Positions 58,767-64,000 of a stretch of 64,000 nucleotides of DNA are shown here, in pieces. Positions within the stretch are counted from its first letter, which is position 1. Each line of letters opens with the position of its first letter. Below the pieces are notes generated by a model. It was not told the origin of the DNA. It worked only from the letters and a program-made list of their open reading frames with translations, and ran no database searches. The position numbers were made by a program, and so were the translations under genes. This DNA comes from Balanoglossus misakiensis (Eukaryota > Animalia > Hemichordata): the NCBI GenBank assembly GCA_040954595.2, contig CM082580.2, positions 4,578,783 to 4,642,782 on the forward strand, in the 5' to 3' direction.

Positions 58767-61700
58767 TCACGACTTAACCGTGAAAGGTTGGACTGGCGTG
58801 AGAATTTTCTCGTCACTTGTTTGATTCAGGTCTTGTAGGGTGTCGCCCTTGATTGATTTGTGAGTGAGCTCTGCCTCGTGCATGATTTCGGTCTTCTTCA
58901 GAATATCCGACAGGAATGATAGATCAATCTGTTGAAGCACAATAAAAGAACAAACACAATCTAAGCATTTGTCATTTGCATAAGTATATCTTTATATCAA
59001 ATATAATGTCTGTTTACGTGACCGTGTACACCAAATTTCAAAGCTTGACATTTGGTACTTATATAGACAAGAACAAAAGATAGAACCGTCACACTGCTCC
59101 CTTCGTTAGCACTTTCCTCAATATTCATTTACACGTAATCAAACATAATCATTATCTAAATATCTAAATGTTTTAACTTTTAAGTGACAGAAGTCTAAAG
59201 AAGCATTTCATGCATTTTATATTGTAAAGGAATTTAATTCAGTCATTATTTGCCAGTTTAAAACAGTTACAATTCCAGATTTTCTGTATCATATTGAATA
59301 AAACGCAAATATTTACCTGTGTATGTTACATATGTAAATAAATGCAAGTATATGTAAATATAACAGTTATACATGTTTGATAAACTCCAACTGCTAGTAC
59401 CTTAAAAAATCCACTGAATGGTGAATCGAGATCAGCCACGACGTAACATAGCAACGATATAGAGAATACCGTTACGATGCACATTGTCAGTTCCATCCGA
59501 TAAGAGTCAGCCTGTAAATACAACAAGGTTAGATTTTTTTGTAGTACTCTAGAATGTATTATAAGTACTACTTTTTAATTTCCCATTGAATCGAAATGAA
59601 GCACACATTGTAATCTATTGTTATCACAAATAACTGTACTAGACGTGAAACTTTGTAAACTTTTTAATCTTAGTTGATAAAGGGACCATATACAAATACT
59701 GGTAAATGGAGAAACATATCCCAATAGGCAGTCTTGTAAAAACGGGCTAATTTATAGAATGAGGCACAACGTTTATTCTGAAATGTATAATTATCCAATG
59801 AAATTCATTCAGACGTATTTTAATTACAATTAACAGAAGAAGTTGGAAGGTAATGCGAAATATAAAATGATGAAATATTGCGAATCATCTAGCACAGTAT
59901 AGTTTGAAAGGTTATTTAATTCCTGGATACTATACCTTTATAAGCAGCACTCCGAAAAAGGAGAAAAAACTCAACACTTCCAAGAAAACCCACTGCAGTG
60001 GGTGAATACACGCATTCATTGCTTCGTGTCTCTCTGACCTCGCCGTGTTCATTTTCAGTAAATTTTTGATCATCTCTTTCTGAAGAAGAAAAAAATAAGC
60101 CAGCATTTGCGACAAAGGTGGTTACACATAGCAGAGTGAAAACGATTAACATGCCTCAGTTGATTCATACTGTGAGTTTTCAGCCTAGCTTTGTATGAAG
60201 TAAATTTGATTTGGTTCAATCTAACACATAAAAGCTTTTTACATATATACGCGTTTTCCAAGCTTCTGTCGTATGCATTACCTTGCAGCTCGCCATGAAG
60301 TAATTTGTTTTAACAGTGACTGGCGGGCGGAGTACGTTATAACGGGACTACAATGCGAAATTCGTACATTATCGTCACTTAGGCTGAAGTCAAGCCGTTG
60401 AAAGAGTACAGAGGCAATATGACCACTTTCCGATCACGTATCACAGTAGGCTTAGTATTTGGACGTCGGAAACAGTGTTTGTGATAAATCTCGCAAGGTA
60501 ATCAGGTTATGCAACTCACAGCCATGACAGTATCCGCCTGGTTATTGTAACGACGCTTCCGGATGATTGGTACGATCTACATCAGAAAATAGAGTAAAGA
60601 CAGTGTAAAGTGTTGACAGCAATCTCTACTGCAAAACATTTGCAAGAAAGGCTACCAAGAGCTCTCGTTGTGATGGCAGCGTGCTTTCAGGCCGTACGCA
60701 TAACTAGTACTGTACCAATATATCGCTTTTCACTACAGATAAACATAGAACATTTAGTTTTAAGATTAAAACCCTTTTCATACAGTGCAATTGTTGAGTA
60801 CTGTATATGCACGCTGTTATCAGCTGTTATAGGTCAGTTGGCCAAACAACTGCTGAATCGGGCGTAGGGTCAAGTTCTACAACTTTTTCTTGCCAGAACT
60901 CTTGCATGTTGGACATCGGATAAACAGAATGTCTAACAAAACAGAAGATTGGCATACCTTCCATAATGGTCCCTTTTGTTCGTTAAACCCATGGTTTGCC
61001 TTCTGCACCTGTATCTGGCCCATGATTGAGATGATTTCATCTTTAACTGCTATATATATCTAAAACAGGAGAGAATAAGACAAACTAAATTCATTGTAGT
61101 TCACAGATTAAATCTTGACTGTGACACACCGACTTTTTTCAGTGGGACTTAGTTGTATTCGATTTCTCTTGGTTCTTTTACTTCTAGTGATAGCTTGTTT
61201 CTGTCTACACGCTTATCGTTTCAATATTTATAACTAGTTTCTTCCCTACAGACTAAAATTGTCATATCTTTTGGGTATGTACACTAATACAATGGTGGAT
61301 AACCTGTCAACAGTTTGGTGTTACCTACTTCCATTCTGTCTTCTTCGTCAGCCAGCGGAACTTGTGATGCTAAGATGATGATCTGGTCCAATAAACTAAC
61401 CTCCAACGAAACGTTGTTCAACAGGGCCTTTTGCTTCTCTACGGCCGATTGGAATGTGAAACCAAATGTTACCCTGTATAGGGACCAAGTGACACAGAAT
61501 ATTTTATCACATTAATTTTATGAAAATTTGTTAGAAATCAAAGGGAGTTACTCATACACGTCAGATGCACCCGATTTTCAATTAAATTTATTTGGTGGAT
61601 ATCTCCCGTGTGACAACTGCGATCTGATACGTGACGGTCTGTCAGCCCTTTCGCCGTCCAATATGGTGTCAAGTAATTTGCACATATGCAGGACAGGTAA

Positions 61701-63437
61701 AACAACGGATTCTACTACATAAACGATACGAAATGATGTAACTTACGCATAAACCAAACCGGCGGGGGCCAAAAAGCAACCTATGGAGACAAACAAAAAA
61801 GAACATCAAATCTTAACTAAAAATTCTTTGCACGCACAACTTCGTTTATTTATGATAGCCAAACATGACGGAATGTCTAGAAAATCACATAATAGACGTA
61901 AGTAGAATAGTATGAATGCCTATAGCTGACCACGCCTTGATAGCTATTAGTACATTTTTCTTTGAATATTTTACGCCTGGATAATATTAGTAAATGGGAA
62001 CTTATTCGACGCGGATGAATTTTGACAGTAATGTGCTCTTGTGGTAAATAGGGTAAAGAACAAACCATTTTACTGATGATTTATTCTCCATACTGTTTTT
62101 GATGTTTTTCTCTGAAAGTAAAGACGCTTGAAATCACGCTGACCTTTAACGGTAATGATAACCGACCTTCAATAGCGTAACCTGTCGATGTCACATCAAT
62201 TTTCATCACAAAAATAATCATTAAAGAATAGGTTTTTCGAAGATTACGATTAGCCAAAAATAAAAAAACACTGCAACACTTGCAGCTAAGAAATAAAACC
62301 AGATTTTGAATTATAGCTTGTGTAAATATGAAAGAATATGAGAAATTCCACTTTCTGCTAAATTACTTTGCTTGTCTTAACTTGTTGGTTGTATTTTCGT
62401 GCCACTCTGCTCCTGTTAGGTACTGTAACCATGGAAACAAATTTGGTGATGAAAAGAAACGAACGTCTTTAGTGTTTGTGAAATCAACTTCCGAAGGATA
62501 ATTATTTCATAAGCTAACTTAATTAATTTTTCTTTAAGGCATGATATAATCTGTTAATTGCTTGATGTCGCTAATGGCGTTGAGCTTTGTGAGTGGTAAG
62601 AATAGACGTTTCCATTGAACGAATATTAAGCGAGTACAAAGGTAGCTGATATTACGGAGCCTTCAAGTGGTTGAATGGAAACAGAAAACGAATGAAAACG
62701 CCCGTGGAATCTTTCCGGTAATAACGACTAAACTAATTGGACGAATATTAACAAGTGTACTTTTGTCGAGTTTGTCTTCATAAGATGACCCTGGATATCT
62801 GCCGAAACCGCGGTTGATTGCATCGTCTTGAATAAAAATTAAGTGACTCATATTTCCGATTTTGAATTGACAAGAAACAAAATATGAACAATTTGAGGGG
62901 AATTTGAGGTTCTTCGCGTTTAAAATGCAAACAGTGTAATGACAATTCCCGGGGCAAAACTAATGGTTACGAAACAAATTAATGACTTTGAGGTATATGT
63001 AAAGCAGGTCTTTCAAGGTGATAAATCACATTTACTTTGAAAATGCTTTAATATGCAGAAACAAGGCGCCTTGATTAATGTTTACTGCGCATGTATCGCG
63101 ATAAACTATACGCAAGGCTGAAATACAGAAAGGTAAAAGTTCCGTGAATTTGCCAAGCGGAAGAAAGGGGTACATGACATTTGCATTTTGAAACAGTAAT
63201 ATATTATGAGTACAGATTTACATATTGACTTGCCTATAGCTTCATTTATGGACGGCATTCCGTTTGGATGTTCAGAGGGCGGCCAGAAGAAAGCAGTCAA
63301 CGGCTCGTAGATCTGCAGCAGCAGTGGACAGAAGGCAAGCGAGAGCACAGCCGGCAAGGAGATTTTCAGTAACTGCATCGGTTGGTTGAAGAAACTGTCT
63401 AATGATTCGATTGTCTTCTCGTCTTCTCTTGATAAGA
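58767..63437 (-). CDS. DUF4239 / bestrophin-like membrane protein, at least 8 exons; 5' end not resolved in the window
   Basis: Exons 63437-63234, 61780-61747, 61473-61329, 61059-60958, 60576-60520, 60079-59936, 59511-59401, 58928-58767 (TGA) join in frame. Motifs AGLVYAVTFGFTFQ...EVSLL, ARSER....IHPLQW, VVADLDSPFSGFFKID. Confidence 0.8.
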
Positions 63438-64000
63438 CTGCAATGAAAAGAAACAAAATGGTCGTCGTTGTTGTTGTTGCTGCTGCCGTTGTTATTGTAA
63501 TTGTTGTTAATATTTTTGTTGTTTTGCAAATGGTAACATATGAATTGAAGATGTCCAGGAAAATAAGAGGTTGTATCAGATCAATGGCAAGGAGACGAAA
63601 CGTGGTGTTGGCGTTAAAGATTTTACATTGCCCAAGCAGAGTGTGAAACCATGTGTTGGTTTTTGATCAACATTAACATATCCGCAAGTGTAGACCAGAT
63701 GAAAGGAAACATTAGCGCCGACATAATTGTTATCAATAAATATGTCAACTTAATTCTCCCTACTTTTAAAAGGTTTTAGCTACCTATAGGTGAAAGACGA
63801 AAGTCTCATATGGTCGACACAATTTTGGAATGGCCAATTTTTGCTATGCATAAGAGATGAAGGTCTTAAGGATGTACGCGCAGAACATAAACCGGAAACA
63901 CTGCGCGCCCAGTCTTTTTCCCATAGGATTACATTGAAAATTGCTAGAAAACAAACTTCTACTATTGTCATTTTCACGAAATTTTACACATAGCTCAGTC

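Noticed and set aside
60282-60347. Alternative 66-nt exon candidate for the DUF4239-like gene
   Set aside because: Has AG/GT ends and an open frame, but the 57-nt exon at 60576-60520 fits better; no further support.
63780-63977. Candidate upstream exon of the DUF4239-like gene
   Set aside because: The available donor gives the wrong phase for the 63437 acceptor, so it cannot be supported.

Overview
Eukaryotic (animal) genomic DNA, AT-rich, with spliceosomal GT-AG introns. The gene and repeat style suggests a marine invertebrate, possibly an ambulacrarian deuterostome (inference only). Genes in order: first large exon of a NIT-domain transmembrane guanylate cyclase (-); a ~12-exon SLC13-family transporter with altered substrate motifs (+); an intronless arylamine N-acetyltransferase (+); a 5'-truncated LINE (-); an intronless sulfotransferase-like gene (-); a DIRS/Ngaro gag fragment (+); three tandem 3-exon C2H2 zinc-finger genes with 22, 15 and 25 fingers (-), the middle one a chimera from unequal crossing-over; a complete 6-exon ARL5 (+); an intronless glycine N-acyltransferase-like GNAT (-); and a multi-exon DUF4239/bestrophin-like gene (-) that runs off the end. 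Many non-autonomous DNA transposons are present, and two can be read against an empty paralogous site. The most unusual signal is two unrelated TTAA-initiated hairpin elements (one shown to be TSD-less) whose long stems carry repeated tandem GA/GA mismatches and G-x-A loops, which points to strand-specific single-stranded DNA structure. All calls are by eye; no database searches were run.
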